Part shown: positions 28,376 through 39,812 of the stretch, piece after piece
How positions within the stretch are numbered: the first letter of the stretch is position 1
Layout: each line of letters starts with the position of its first letter
Source of the DNA: Alphaproteobacteria bacterium
Lineage (GTDB): Bacteria > Pseudomonadota > Alphaproteobacteria > UBA828
Reading direction: 5' to 3'
Assembly (NCBI GenBank): GCA_965214705.1
Contig: OZ243972.1
Location: 3,456,001 to 3,520,000, forward strand
DNA length: 64,000 nucleotides
Translations under genes and position numbers: made by a program
Notes under the pieces: generated by a model
The model's database searches: none
Seen by the model: the letters and a program-made list of their open reading frames with translations, nothing else
What the model was told of the DNA's origin: nothing

Positions 28376-31300
28376 CGCGAACTACCTCCATCCGAACGCG
28401 CGGCCGAGAGAACCGGCTCGACATGCGCTTCATGATCGATCTTCCGAAGCTCGCGGCCTCCCGCCAATCCGGTCGCAAGCCCTGGCTCGCAGACGATCAT
28501 CGAGCTGGGGAACTTCTGCAAGCCCCGGCGCCATGGACGTCGAAGTGACGCGGCAACGTATCGGCAATCTCCTGGAAGCACTGCATCCACGCCGAGCCCA
28601 ATGGCGCGCATGGGGTCGGGGCCGGTGGAGCGGCATGAGTCCGGCGCGCGGCGCTGGCTGCCATCCGGCTTGGTCGGCCGCCCTCGCTCGGCTAGCGAGT
28701 CCCACCGGTCATCGACGGCGAGGAGCTCCGTCCATGCACGGCTTGCCCCGGCGGGTGCTGCGGTCGGCGTCCCCGTGCTCCTCCGCGCCGTCCAGGAGCG
28801 CGCGGAGGGCTGGGTGGCGCCTCATGTTCACGACGCTCCCCATGCCCCTCTGCGGGCCGCTACAGGCCCTGCGTGCGGCCCCGGTCGCGGGACCGGGACT
28901 GCGTGCGGTAGGCGTCCGAGAACCGCTCCATCCTGGACACCTCGCCGCGCAGCCGTTCGCGTCCCGCGCGGTCGAGATGCGCGCCGTAGGTCGCGGAATC
29001 GTCGAGGATCGCGCGTCCCGCCCGCAGAAGGCGCTCGTTGCGCTCCAGCCAGATCGGCCAGGAGCGCAGCTCCCGCGGCCTGACGTCGAGCTGGCGGGCG
29101 CGCTCGGAGATCGCCCTGTAGCGCAGCCAGTGCCGTTGCACGTCCCGCAGATGGCCGCGCACGCGATCGCGCGCTTCAACGTGCGTCCGGTACTGCCCGA
29201 CGATCTCCTCGAGTTGCGCGCGCGGCTCCGCGCCAAGCCCCTCGCTTCCGGCGAAGGCGGCGATGCGCTCGATCAGCGCGGCGGCGCTGTCGAGGTCGAA
29301 GCGGTGCACGCCCTCGCTCTCGGCCAGGAGGAGGTGCGTGCGCCAGTCGCGCCAGAGCCGCCGATAAGCCGCCTGCAAGCGATCCATGGACACTGCGCTC
29401 CGGGCGGTCTCCTCCTCCACCGGCCGGACCGGGGCGGTCTCACTGCCGGCATCCTGCGTCGTCCGCGCGGCGGCGGGTACGCTCTGCCGCACGTCCGCGG
29501 GCGGCCGCTCCGCGTCCTGGGATGGCGCCTCGCGCTGCTGTGCGGCCTCCTGCCGTGCCGCGTGGGCGGTCCTCGCCGTGACGGAGCGCAGGTAGCTGCC
29601 GGCGCGGGCATGGACGTCTCGAAGCTCCCGCAGCTCTCCTTCGCCGATGCCGGCGCGCTCGGAGAGAAGCCTCTCGAATACCTGCGGACGGGCCTTGAAC
29701 GAAGCGGCCTGCTTCATCAGCGCGCCGTGACGGTCGAGGGTCGCGCGGAAGGCGGGGCTGAGCGCGACGGCCTCGCCCTCGTCCCGGACGCGCGCGCGGA
29801 GGTGGTCCCAGGACGCCAGGACCTCGTTGCGCTCGGCCGCGAACGCGTCGACGGCCGCGCCGTGCCGCCAGCCGTTGACCGCGTGGCGGATGTCCTGGGC
29901 GATGCGCACGAGCGCATTGTCGTTGGCCGCCTCGCGCGTCTCCGCGGCGTCTCGATGCGGCTCCCGGCCGCCCCGGTCGTGCCTCGGCGCCTCTTCCCCG
30001 GCTTCCCGCCACATGCCGTCGGAGACGTAGTCGAGCGCCGCCTCCTTGGGCTGCGAGCGCGACCAGCGCTCGGCCAGATACGCCCGGACGTCGCTGTCGG
30101 TGACGGGCATGCCGGCCTCGTCCTCGGGCCTGTGCTCGGCGATGTCCAGGGCGAGCGGCGCACGGTTGACGTAGACGTCGAGCGCCTCGCGGTGCCGCGT
30201 CGCGGCGGGATAGATCGTCTCGCGCGCCGGCCTGTCGTCCACCAGCAGGAACGCCCGGTCCACGGTCAGCCCCTGGGCCGAGGCGATGGTCATGGCATAG
30301 CCGTAGTCGAGGCGGATGTTGTCGTGCCAGTCGCGGATCTCGTCGTGGCGGAACGCGACGCGCCTGCCGTCGTCGGTCCGCGCGGCGATGTGGACGGAGT
30401 ACTCGGGCTCGAAACGGTCCGGATCCGTTCCGCGGCACGCCGCCTCCCCGTTCCGGGCCTTGCGCGATACCGCCGCGTCGTCGGCGCGCCTCACTTCGAA
30501 GTCCTCGACGGTGACCACGGTGCCGTTGAAGAGCTGCTTCTCCCATTGCGTGGCGCCGATGCGGATGCGGTCGCCCACCGCGATCTCCAGCGGCTCCGTC
30601 AGGCGCCCGTCCAGGTCCCGGCTCACCTCGATCACGGCGCGCTTCGCATCGGGCGTCCGCGCGAGCATGCGCTCCCGCATGAGCCACGACAGCGCCCGGC
30701 CCTCGGCCTTCGTGCGTGCGAGCACGACGGTGGACGTGCCGGGCTCTGCGCGCACATGGCGCTCCCAGTCGTCCACCAGCGTCGTGAGCGTCTTCTCCTC
30801 GTCGTGGCAGAGATGGAGGCGGCCCCGCACATGCCAGGCCTCGATGGCCTTCTCCGCCTCGCCGTCCCTGAGCGCCTCCGACACCGCCACCTGCCACGGC
30901 GTGAACACCGGCTTGCGGTCCATCGCCTCGTAGTCCGCGACGATCACGTCTCGCTCTTCGGCGTTGGTGAGACCCGCCCGGAACCGCGCCTGCTCCGGAG
31001 TCTCCTTGTGGACATGGACCAGCACGTCCTCCAGGTCCGCCTTCTGGCGCCGGATCCGGTCCACGCGAATGCTGCCCGCGACGTCCCGAATGAGTCTCAA
31101 GCCCGGCCCCGCCTCGACGGGCTGCTGCTGCCGGGTGTCGCCCGCGAACACCACCTTGGCTCCGTGGCGCTCCGAGAGCTGAAGGACGTGGTGCGCCTGC
31201 CGCGTCGACAGCATGCCCGCCTCGTCCACCACGATCAGCGTGTTGCGGCCGATCTCCACCTGCCCCTTGGCGGCGAGCTTGAGGAGCTTGTCGACGCAAT

Positions 31301-33065
31301 AGGCGCGCGCATCGCAGTCGTCGCCGAGCGCGACCGCCGTGCGCCATGCCACCGCCGTCGGCACGATCTCGTAACCGTGCTCCTTGTGAAGGTCGGTGAT
31401 GGGCCTGAGCGTCGTGGTCTTGCCCGAGCCCGCCGCGCCCTCGATGACCGCCACGCGGCCGCCGTTGATGGTGGCGTGGTGGATGGCGAGCGACTGCTCC
31501 TGGCTCAGCGGATAGCCCTGCTCCAGCAGGGTCTTCACCTTCTCCCTGACCGCCTCTTCCGGCAGCTCGTGGCCGGCGCCGGCGGCCATGGAAGCCGCCA
31601 TGTCCTTCACCGCCTGTTCCAGCCCGAGGTTGTGGCGGGTGGAATAGACCTCGGTGTGGACCATCCCGGCCCTGGATTCGGCGGTCGGTTTCTTCGGCTC
31701 CAGCCGCTCGATCTCCGGGTTCCGCCGCAGGCGCTCGATGGCCGTCCCCACCGCCTCCCGGCCCATCAGACCCGCCGCCGCGTTCGCCGCCGCCTCCACC
31801 ATGTCCGGACGGCGGAACACCGCCTCCTCGCGTGCCAGATGGGCAGGAAGATCGTCGAGCCGGTCCGTCAGCTCACGGATTTGTTCTTGCCCGATCTTGA
31901 CCTCGTGACCGGTGACTGCGGCGATCAGCTCCTCGCGCTCGACGTAATCTTCGGCCTCGCTGCGCCAGCGCCGGTGCCTCACCTCGGGATCGTTGTCGTG
32001 CGACTTCCCTTCGCGCGTGATCTTGTTTACGCCCGCCATCCGCGAAGCGTTGCCGAGCGACGGAATCCCCAACTCTCCGGCCATGGCGACGATGGCCTTG
32101 CGCCGCTTCGACCAGAACGCTTTGAGGTCGTCCGGCATGCCGACGATGCGGGTGAACCCGTTGGCGGGGCCGTACTGCTCCATCCGCACCCCGAGGCCCT
32201 GCTGAAGCTCCCAGGCCAGGTTGGCGCGGAACAGCGCTCCGGCCGCCTTCTTCCAGCTGTAGACGGGGTACTGGTGATGCGCCCGCCACTTGCCGTCCTC
32301 GTGCGTGCGCGCGACGTTGAAGATCGTGCAGTGGACGTGAAGCTGGGGGTCGTTCTCCCGGCTGGTGCCATGGACGAAGGTGGCGGCCATCAGGTCGGCC
32401 GCGACCGGGCGCGTCACGCCCTTCTCTGCAAGCCGCGTGTAGCTGCAATACTTGAGCACGCTGTCTTCGAGCACCTCCCTGGCGGCAGCCGTCGCCATCG
32501 CCTCGATCTTCAGGCGCATCTCGGGTTCGGCGATGGCCCAGAGCGCAGACACGCTCTTGTCCACCGAGAACGTCATGTCGATGCCGGGCGAGCGCTCCGG
32601 GTTGCCGGCCCGCTGCACCAGGCCGCCCGACCCGTCAGGCTCGTAGCCGTTGTAGAGCCGCTGGAACTGGCCGGCGTCGACCTTGACGCCGTCTTCCAGC
32701 CCGAACAGGCCCCTGGGGTTGAACCAGGTGCCGTCGGGCTCCTCGCCCGCCGTATAGGGTTAAGGGTTGGGCAGGCTCTCTCTCGAGAGCCTGCCCAACC
32801 CTTTTGAACGAAGCCGCGGGCCACGAGAGGCGAAGTTGAGCTATGTGGAAAGTGCGCTGATGTCAGCGTCAGGCGGCATCCACCGGCAGCAGAGTTGCGC
32901 ATAAAATCGACGCTCGCGCCGGTCTTTCGGCAGGCATGCGGGCGCACGCTGCGAGGACTGAGCGGGGTGTGAGCCGAGGGCTGTCAGCCCGGCTCAAGCG
33001 GAGACAGGTTCGGTCGTGCGTCGGCGCTTTGGCGCCGTTGCGCGGGGCCGAAGCGAGCGGGCGTC

Positions 33066-34307
33066 TCACGGTTTCCCCCTGTGGGTCGGCGGCAGCGCCG
33101 GCGGGCCGCGCGTCGAGCGGGGCTCATGGCGGCGGCGGATTTCGCGGACGAGGCGCATGACGCCGCCGCAGTGGGGGCAGGCCACGGGCGCGGTGCCGAT
33201 CTCGGGCTCTTCGTCGGGCTCGGCCCGAGCGCCGTCCACGCTTCCCTCGGGGGCGGCGCAGCCGAGGGCGCCGAGAGCCTGGCGTGCTCTCTCCAGCGTG
33301 CTGGCGCGGCAGCCGTTGGCGAGGATGCCGAAGTAGCGAATGCGGTGCATGCCGTCCGGCAGGACGTGCCTCAGGAAGCGGCGGATGAACTCGTCGGCGC
33401 TCACGGTGGCGATGCCGTAGCGCGGCTTTCTCTGCCCCGGCGCCTTGGGCTTTCGGTGGCGGAAGGAGACCGTCTCGCCGTCGAAGGAGACGATGCGGCT
33501 GTCGGAGATGGCGATCCTGTGCGTGTAGTGCGAGAGGTACCGGAAGACCTGCTCAGGCCCGCGGAAGGGCCGCTTGGCGTAGACCACCCAGTCCCTGGCC
33601 CGGGCGGCGGCAAGCGTGGCGTGGAACTCGCCGGGATTGGCGAGGTGGGCGACGGTGCCGTGGAACTCCAGGTCCCCCCGGCCGTGGGCGCGGGCGAGCT
33701 CCTCGAGGAAGAGGCGGCGGAACAGGCTGCCGAGGACCTTGACGGGGGCGAGGAAGGTGGTGCTCCCCGTCTTCCACTCGCCACTGTCTACGTCGAAGCC
33801 CGCGTTGGGCACGACCACGTGCAGGTGCGGGTGGAAGCGGAGCTTCTGATCCCAGGTATGGAGGACCGCGGTGCCGCCGATGCGCATGCCGCCGTGGCGG
33901 GGATCGGCGGCGATGGTGCGCAGGGTCTCGGCGACGGCCCGGAAGAGGATGTCGAACACCACCCTGCGGTTGCAGAAGGCAATGGCGGCAACCTCCTTGG
34001 GCAGGGTGAAGACCACATGGAAGTAGGGCACCGGCAGGATGTCCCCGGCGCGCTCCTCGCTCCAGAGGTTGGCGGCGAGACCCTGGCAGGTGGGGCAGTG
34101 GCGGTTGCGGCAGGAGTTGAAGAGCGGATGCTCGCGCCCGCAGCCCTCGCAGGCGTACATGTGGCCGCCGAGCACGGCGGTGCGGCACGCCTCGATGGCG
34201 CCCATGACCTTGAGCCGGGCGGCGTCGATGCGCCCTTTGTGGCGCTCACGGAAAGCGGCGCCGGCGCGGCGGAAGATCTCCGCCACGCCCGCGCGTTCGG
34301 CCTCCAC
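33066..34307 (-). CDS. IS91-family (Y2 HUH) transposase
   Basis: CRT..LGG, SCRNRHCP.CQ, YFHVVFTLP, HUH motif HPHLH, YLSHY, FL.HVLP.G..RIRY.G. Confidence 0.95.
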   Translation of the reverse strand: MEAERAGVAEIFRRAGAAFRERHKGRIDAARLKVMGAIEACRTAVLGGHMYACEGCGREHPLFNSCRNRHCPTCQGLAANLWSEERAGDILPVPYFHVVFTLPKEVAAIAFCNRRVVFDILFRAVAETLRTIAADPRHGGMRIGGTAVLHTWDQKLRFHPHLHVVVPNAGFDVDSGEWKTGSTTFLAPVKVLGSLFRRLFLEELARAHGRGDLEFHGTVAHLANPGEFHATLAAARARDWVVYAKRPFRGPEQVFRYLSHYTHRIAISDSRIVSFDGETVSFRHRKPKAPGQRKPRYGIATVSADEFIRRFLRHVLPDGMHRIRYFGILANGCRASTLERARQALGALGCAAPEGSVDGARAEPDEEPEIGTAPVACPHCGGVMRLVREIRRRHEPRSTRGPPALPPTHRGKP

Positions 34308-34313
34308 GCGCCG

Positions 34314-35192
34314 TCAGTTGCGCAACGCTGCGAAGCCTGAGATCGGGTGGTCGAGGCCCTCGAACATCTTGCCGGTGACGCGGGCGTAGTGACGGGTCGT
34401 GTTCGCGCTTCGATGGCCGAGCATGTCCCGGATCACCTCGATATCGCCGCCGCGCTCGAGGAGATGGGTCGCCGCCGAATGGCGCAGGCAATGGAAGGTG
34501 TAGCTGCGGTCGAGCTCGGCAATGTCGCGCGCCCTCCTGAAGGCGGCCTGCAAGGTCTCCGTTGCGATGGGCCTGTCGAGCGAGACGCCGTAGAAGAGCC
34601 AGCTCGTCGGACGCGGCCAGATGTTCCTGTAGTAGACGCGCAAGTAGTGGATGACGATGTCCGGCAACGGTGCCATTCTCTCGGTGCCGCCTTTGCCGGA
34701 GGGGATGTGCAGCAGCTTCTTCTCCGACAGGATGTCGCCGACCTTGATGGCCAAGGTCTCGGAGATGCGGAGCCCGCCGCCATAGCCGGTGACAATGGCA
34801 GCACGGTGGCGGAGGTCGGGTGTCGCAAGGATGAGGTGCTCGACCTCCTGCTCCGACATGTAGCGCGGCAGCTTGCCGGGCTTCTTGCGGGAGCGCAGGC
34901 CGGCGACATGGTCAGGCCAGCCGAGTGTGTCGATGTAGAGGAAGTTCAGCGCGGCGAAGGAGACGTTGGTCGTGCCCGGACTGAGCCCCTTGTCGATCCG
35001 CCCCAGGTACCACTGGCGCACCTGCTCGGCGTCGAGCTCGTCCGGCGAGGCGTCGTAGTACCTGGCCAGGTTCTTGATCTCGCAGATGTAGGCCTTGGAC
35101 GTGCTCGCGGCCAGATTGGCGATGCGGAGCTGCTCCTCCATGCGCTGGCGAAGAGGGGTGACGGTGTTCGTGTCGCACGCGGTCCCGGTCAT
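34314..35192 (-). CDS. tyrosine recombinase (integron-integrase-like N-terminal domain)
   Basis: GLRISE, GKG..ER, HCLRHS.ATHLLE.G.D...I...LGH....TT..Y; complete catalytic set. Confidence 0.95.
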   Translation of the reverse strand: MTGTACDTNTVTPLRQRMEEQLRIANLAASTSKAYICEIKNLARYYDASPDELDAEQVRQWYLGRIDKGLSPGTTNVSFAALNFLYIDTLGWPDHVAGLRSRKKPGKLPRYMSEQEVEHLILATPDLRHRAAIVTGYGGGLRISETLAIKVGDILSEKKLLHIPSGKGGTERMAPLPDIVIHYLRVYYRNIWPRPTSWLFYGVSLDRPIATETLQAAFRRARDIAELDRSYTFHCLRHSAATHLLERGGDIEVIRDMLGHRSANTTRHYARVTGKMFEGLDHPISGFAALRN

Positions 35193-35686
35193 TATCGATC
35201 TCCCTGGATCGCGACGGCGCGCCGCCGGACCGATCCGGCGACGGTCCGTCGCAGGGGTCGATGCTAACCACTGGTGATCGGGAGGCTGCTGGGGATCCGC
35301 CACCCGACGGGCGGAGCGCCACTGACGCAACCGGGAAGCGAACGCACAGAACAAACGGCACCCGCGACGCCTCGGAAATGAATGAACTCTACGCCGCTAA
35401 CTCCGCGTAGCGGCTTCGTTCAATACTCGTTGGGATGCCGGAACGAGCGCTGGCTCTCCAGGTAGTACTCGGCGGACGCCATCTGGCCGATGCTGGCTAC
35501 CATGACGGGCCCGGTTCGGCGGCGGCTGGAGGAGCGGTTACGGGCATGAATGCGTCGTTCCGTGTCCCGGTCGGCGGCCGCCTCGCACGATCCGCCCGTA
35601 ACGGCTTGACCATACGGGACTTTGCACTTTCTGAGCGAGCTGTGCTGTCCATCGACTCCCGACTCTATTCTCTTGGAATGGATCCC

Positions 35687-35714
35687 GCAAGCGTAAGCTT
35701 GCACAGGTGTGCAA
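35687..35714. promoter_or_regulatory. candidate oriT-associated overlapping inverted repeats
   Basis: gcaagc-gtaa-gcttgc overlapping ttgcac-aggt-gtgcaa in the spacer between the relaxase and a divergent small gene. Confidence 0.4.
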
Positions 35715-35910
35715 CGGCTTTTTCTACGCTCTGTGGTTTCGGCAGGGGAAACTCTGTGCAAGGCAGAGGTTCCAAGGCAGGGACGGGGAGAGATCGCATC
35801 GAGTGGGGCCCCATCGCAGGGGCCGAACGGACCGTCCGTTGACACCATGGGACGGTCGGGCGATCATGCGACACACCAGATGTAGTGGTCGGAGAAGGTA
35901 AGGAGACACA

Positions 35911-36216
35911 ATGGCGGCAAGACGCTTCAACGAGACGGATATCGACTTCGATGCCATAGACGGCGACCTGGCGAAGCTGGCGCCGCCGAAGCTGAGCCTG
36001 AAGGACGTCCTGGACCGTCTGCGAGACCGCATGGTCGAGCAACGGGCCAAGGGCGTCACGGTGGCGCAGATGCACGAAGTGCTGAAAGCACGAGGCATCG
36101 AGATCGGCGAGCGAAGCCTGAAGGCGTTCCTCGACAAGGGCGAACTACCGGGACGCAAGACAGCGAAGGCTGTGGCGAATGCCGCTGGTTCGGAAGAAGG
36201 CGGCGATCCGTTCTGA
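35911..36216 (+). CDS. small helical protein, putative relaxosome accessory factor
   Basis: RBS aaggag; divergent from the relaxase; KGVTVAQMHEVLK.RGIEI...SLK HTH-like pattern. Confidence 0.6.
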   Translation: MAARRFNETDIDFDAIDGDLAKLAPPKLSLKDVLDRLRDRMVEQRAKGVTVAQMHEVLKARGIEIGERSLKAFLDKGELPGRKTAKAVANAAGSEEGGDPF

Positions 36217-37685
36217 GCGCCATGGCGCGAAGCGCCGGGCGCGACAGGGCGATATCGCTCGAAGGACGATGAGCCGTGGGCGATATTGGGAGAGGGATCG
36301 ACGTCGATGGCGCGCAAGCGCCGAGCCTGTTGCGAGGCCGTTCGGAAAGCTGCCGGCGATCGGAGCGGAGCATTTGAGCAACGGCGGCGGGAAGGCCGAA
36401 ACGTGCCGCCTCGTTCTGCAAGCGAAGCGCGCAGCGACCGAAGGTAGCGAAGGCGCCAGGGATCGTCACCCGAAGGGGTGCGCCGTTGTGGCGCGGAGAA
36501 GAAAGGAGTGTTCGAGAGAATGGAGCCTGCTGGTACGGCTCCTACTCACCCGGCTTACCGGTGTCGGAAACGACTGAAATCCCGAAAGGGGAACGGGACC
36601 AGAGCATGCCGGGAAACGGCTCGAAACCGGGCGCCGCAGCTCGGTGGAGAGCATAGAGTAAGGTGTGCATGGTGAAAGCTGTATTGCCTCAATCCCAGTT
36701 TCCAGTTGCCAAAGGGTGGGCGGTAGCGAACGCGGCTGACACGCTATCCCGCGCGAGATGGAGAGCATTGCCTTGTGCGATCCATCACCAGTTCGCGCGG
36801 AACGACCTCCGTCGGAGGATCGAGGAAACGAAGGGGCACCTAAACACACCGCAACTCCTCACACGCGTAACTACGGGATCGCCTGCAGCAGGTCCGCACG
36901 CATGCGGACCTGTATGGCGACAGAGCCGTCATAGTGTGTGCTGGGCAGCGCCCAGATCAGGTGGGTTCAAGTCCCACTGGCGCTCGGGTAAGGGGCGCCA
37001 TATCCAAAAGTGGGGGTAATTCCTCACTGGCCGGAGTGAGCCGATAAGCGAAACTCTAAACGGGCACGAAGCCGGAAACGGCGGAGACAGCCAAGGGAGG
37101 AGCTAAGTTGGTCCACTGTCGAAAGACAACCGGAAGGCAGGGTGTCCACCGCGAGGTGGAATCTGAAGGGCTTGCGGAGAAGTACCGGGCCGTAATCGAG
37201 GGGGCCACCCCATGATGAATCGGTCGGCCAAAGACGGGGCAAGGTCGAGCCGGCACTATGGCGGCGAAGGCGTTCTTACCCACCCGTCGCACCAAGGTGT
37301 TTGCGAGCGGCACGGTACGGAAGATCTGGACGTGACCCCAGGAGGGCTCGCCGCGTTCCCGGGTGGCACCGGGATAAGGTTAAGGGTTGGGCAGGCTCTC
37401 TCTCGAGAGCCTGCCCAACCCTTTTGAACGAAGCCGCGGGCCACGAGAGGCGAAGTTGAGCTATGTGGAAAGTGCGCTGATGTCAGCGTCAGGCGGCATC
37501 CACCGGCAGCAGAGTTGCGCATAAAATCGACGCTCGCGCCGGTCTTTCGGCAGGCATGCGGGCGCACGCTGCGAGGACTGAGCGGGGTGTGAGCCGAGGG
37601 CTGTCAGCCCGGCTCAAGCGGAGACAGGTTCGGTCGTGCGTCGGCGCTTTGGCGCCGTTGCGCGGGGCCGAAGCGAGCGGGCGTC

Positions 37686-38927
37686 TCACGGTTTCCCCCT
37701 GTGGGTCGGCGGCAGCGCCGGCGGGCCGCGCGTCGAGCGGGGCTCATGGCGGCGGCGGATTTCGCGGACGAGGCGCATGACGCCGCCGCAGTGGGGGCAG
37801 GCCACGGGCGCGGTGCCGATCTCGGGCTCTTCGTCGGGCTCGGCCCGAGCGCCGTCCACGCTTCCCTCGGGGGCGGCGCAGCCGAGGGCGCCGAGAGCCT
37901 GGCGTGCTCTCTCCAGCGTGCTGGCGCGGCAGCCGTTGGCGAGGATGCCGAAGTAGCGAATGCGGTGCATGCCGTCCGGCAGGACGTGCCTCAGGAAGCG
38001 GCGGATGAACTCGTCGGCGCTCACGGTGGCGATGCCGTAGCGCGGCTTTCTCTGCCCCGGCGCCTTGGGCTTTCGGTGGCGGAAGGAGACCGTCTCGCCG
38101 TCGAAGGAGACGATGCGGCTGTCGGAGATGGCGATCCTGTGCGTGTAGTGCGAGAGGTACCGGAAGACCTGCTCAGGCCCGCGGAAGGGCCGCTTGGCGT
38201 AGACCACCCAGTCCCTGGCCCGGGCGGCGGCAAGCGTGGCGTGGAACTCGCCGGGATTGGCGAGGTGGGCGACGGTGCCGTGGAACTCCAGGTCCCCCCG
38301 GCCGTGGGCGCGGGCGAGCTCCTCGAGGAAGAGGCGGCGGAACAGGCTGCCGAGGACCTTGACGGGGGCGAGGAAGGTGGTGCTCCCCGTCTTCCACTCG
38401 CCACTGTCTACGTCGAAGCCCGCGTTGGGCACGACCACGTGCAGGTGCGGGTGGAAGCGGAGCTTCTGATCCCAGGTATGGAGGACCGCGGTGCCGCCGA
38501 TGCGCATGCCGCCGTGGCGGGGATCGGCGGCGATGGTGCGCAGGGTCTCGGCGACGGCCCGGAAGAGGATGTCGAACACCACCCTGCGGTTGCAGAAGGC
38601 AATGGCGGCAACCTCCTTGGGCAGGGTGAAGACCACATGGAAGTAGGGCACCGGCAGGATGTCCCCGGCGCGCTCCTCGCTCCAGAGGTTGGCGGCGAGA
38701 CCCTGGCAGGTGGGGCAGTGGCGGTTGCGGCAGGAGTTGAAGAGCGGATGCTCGCGCCCGCAGCCCTCGCAGGCGTACATGTGGCCGCCGAGCACGGCGG
38801 TGCGGCACGCCTCGATGGCGCCCATGACCTTGAGCCGGGCGGCGTCGATGCGCCCTTTGTGGCGCTCACGGAAAGCGGCGCCGGCGCGGCGGAAGATCTC
38901 CGCCACGCCCGCGCGTTCGGCCTCCAC
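37686..38927 (-). CDS. IS91-family (Y2 HUH) transposase
   Basis: Same protein as 33066-34307. Confidence 0.95.
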   Translation of the reverse strand: MEAERAGVAEIFRRAGAAFRERHKGRIDAARLKVMGAIEACRTAVLGGHMYACEGCGREHPLFNSCRNRHCPTCQGLAANLWSEERAGDILPVPYFHVVFTLPKEVAAIAFCNRRVVFDILFRAVAETLRTIAADPRHGGMRIGGTAVLHTWDQKLRFHPHLHVVVPNAGFDVDSGEWKTGSTTFLAPVKVLGSLFRRLFLEELARAHGRGDLEFHGTVAHLANPGEFHATLAAARARDWVVYAKRPFRGPEQVFRYLSHYTHRIAISDSRIVSFDGETVSFRHRKPKAPGQRKPRYGIATVSADEFIRRFLRHVLPDGMHRIRYFGILANGCRASTLERARQALGALGCAAPEGSVDGARAEPDEEPEIGTAPVACPHCGGVMRLVREIRRRHEPRSTRGPPALPPTHRGKP

Positions 38928-38933
38928 GCGCCG

Positions 38934-39812
38934 TCAGTTGCGCAACGCTGCGAAGCCTGAGATCGGGTGGTCGAGGCCCTCGAACATCTTGCCGGTGACG
39001 CGGGCGTAGTGACGGGTCGTGTTCGCGCTTCGATGGCCGAGCATGTCCCGGATCACCTCGATATCGCCGCCGCGCTCGAGGAGATGGGTCGCCGCCGAAT
39101 GGCGCAGGCAATGGAAGGTGTAGCTGCGGTCGAGCTCGGCAATGTCGCGCGCCCTCCTGAAGGCGGCCTGCAAGGTCTCCGTTGCGATGGGCCTGTCGAG
39201 CGAGACGCCGTAGAAGAGCCAGCTCGTCGGACGCGGCCAGATGTTCCTGTAGTAGACGCGCAAGTAGTGGATGACGATGTCCGGCAACGGTGCCATTCTC
39301 TCGGTGCCGCCTTTGCCGGAGGGGATGTGCAGCAGCTTCTTCTCCGACAGGATGTCGCCGACCTTGATGGCCAAGGTCTCGGAGATGCGGAGCCCGCCGC
39401 CATAGCCGGTGACAATGGCAGCACGGTGGCGGAGGTCGGGTGTCGCAAGGATGAGGTGCTCGACCTCCTGCTCCGACATGTAGCGCGGCAGCTTGCCGGG
39501 CTTCTTGCGGGAGCGCAGGCCGGCGACATGGTCAGGCCAGCCGAGTGTGTCGATGTAGAGGAAGTTCAGCGCGGCGAAGGAGACGTTGGTCGTGCCCGGA
39601 CTGAGCCCCTTGTCGATCCGCCCCAGGTACCACTGGCGCACCTGCTCGGCGTCGAGCTCGTCCGGCGAGGCGTCGTAGTACCTGGCCAGGTTCTTGATCT
39701 CGCAGATGTAGGCCTTGGACGTGCTCGCGGCCAGATTGGCGATGCGGAGCTGCTCCTCCATGCGCTGGCGAAGAGGGGTGACGGTGTTCGTGTCGCACGC
39801 GGTCCCGGTCAT
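38934..39812 (-). CDS. tyrosine recombinase
   Basis: Same protein as 34314-35192. Confidence 0.95.
   Translation of the reverse strand: MTGTACDTNTVTPLRQRMEEQLRIANLAASTSKAYICEIKNLARYYDASPDELDAEQVRQWYLGRIDKGLSPGTTNVSFAALNFLYIDTLGWPDHVAGLRSRKKPGKLPRYMSEQEVEHLILATPDLRHRAAIVTGYGGGLRISETLAIKVGDILSEKKLLHIPSGKGGTERMAPLPDIVIHYLRVYYRNIWPRPTSWLFYGVSLDRPIATETLQAAFRRARDIAELDRSYTFHCLRHSAATHLLERGGDIEVIRDMLGHRSANTTRHYARVTGKMFEGLDHPISGFAALRN

Larger units (their letters stand above)
32758..35423 (-). mobile_element. Tyrosine-integrase + IS91-like Y2 transposase element A, copy 1 (2666 bp)
   Basis: Ends defined by comparing three copies; 14-bp IR TTGAACGAAGCCGC; 19-bp-stem hairpin at the transposase-distal (3') end; no target duplication. 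Confidence 0.9.
28860..35503 (-). pseudogene. MOBF (TrwC-like) relaxase-helicase split by the integrase/Y2 element
   Basis: 35503-35424 + 32757-28860 rejoin into 1325 aa; two YY pairs, DMTFS.DKSVS.LW, H.TSR..DPQLH.H, WSKRR, Walker A GAAGSGKT, VDEAGM, GD..Q. Confidence 0.9.

Noticed and set aside
32758-32803. Element A hairpin as a true integron attC site
   Set aside because: Core motifs are in the reverse order (GTTRRRY before RYYYAAC), the stem has no extrahelical bases, and there is no cassette array.
22229-32807. Very long ORFs 22229-26683 (-) and 28239-32807 (+)
   Set aside because: Shadow frames opposite well-supported genes, expected in high-GC DNA.
34314-35354. 346-aa extended integrase starting at 35354
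   Set aside because: The ATG at 35192 has an RBS (gggag) and aligns better with the start of the element B integrase.
36961-36978. tRNA T-arm-like gtgggttcaagtcccact
   Set aside because: No cloverleaf around it; it lies in the 5' domain of the inner group II intron.
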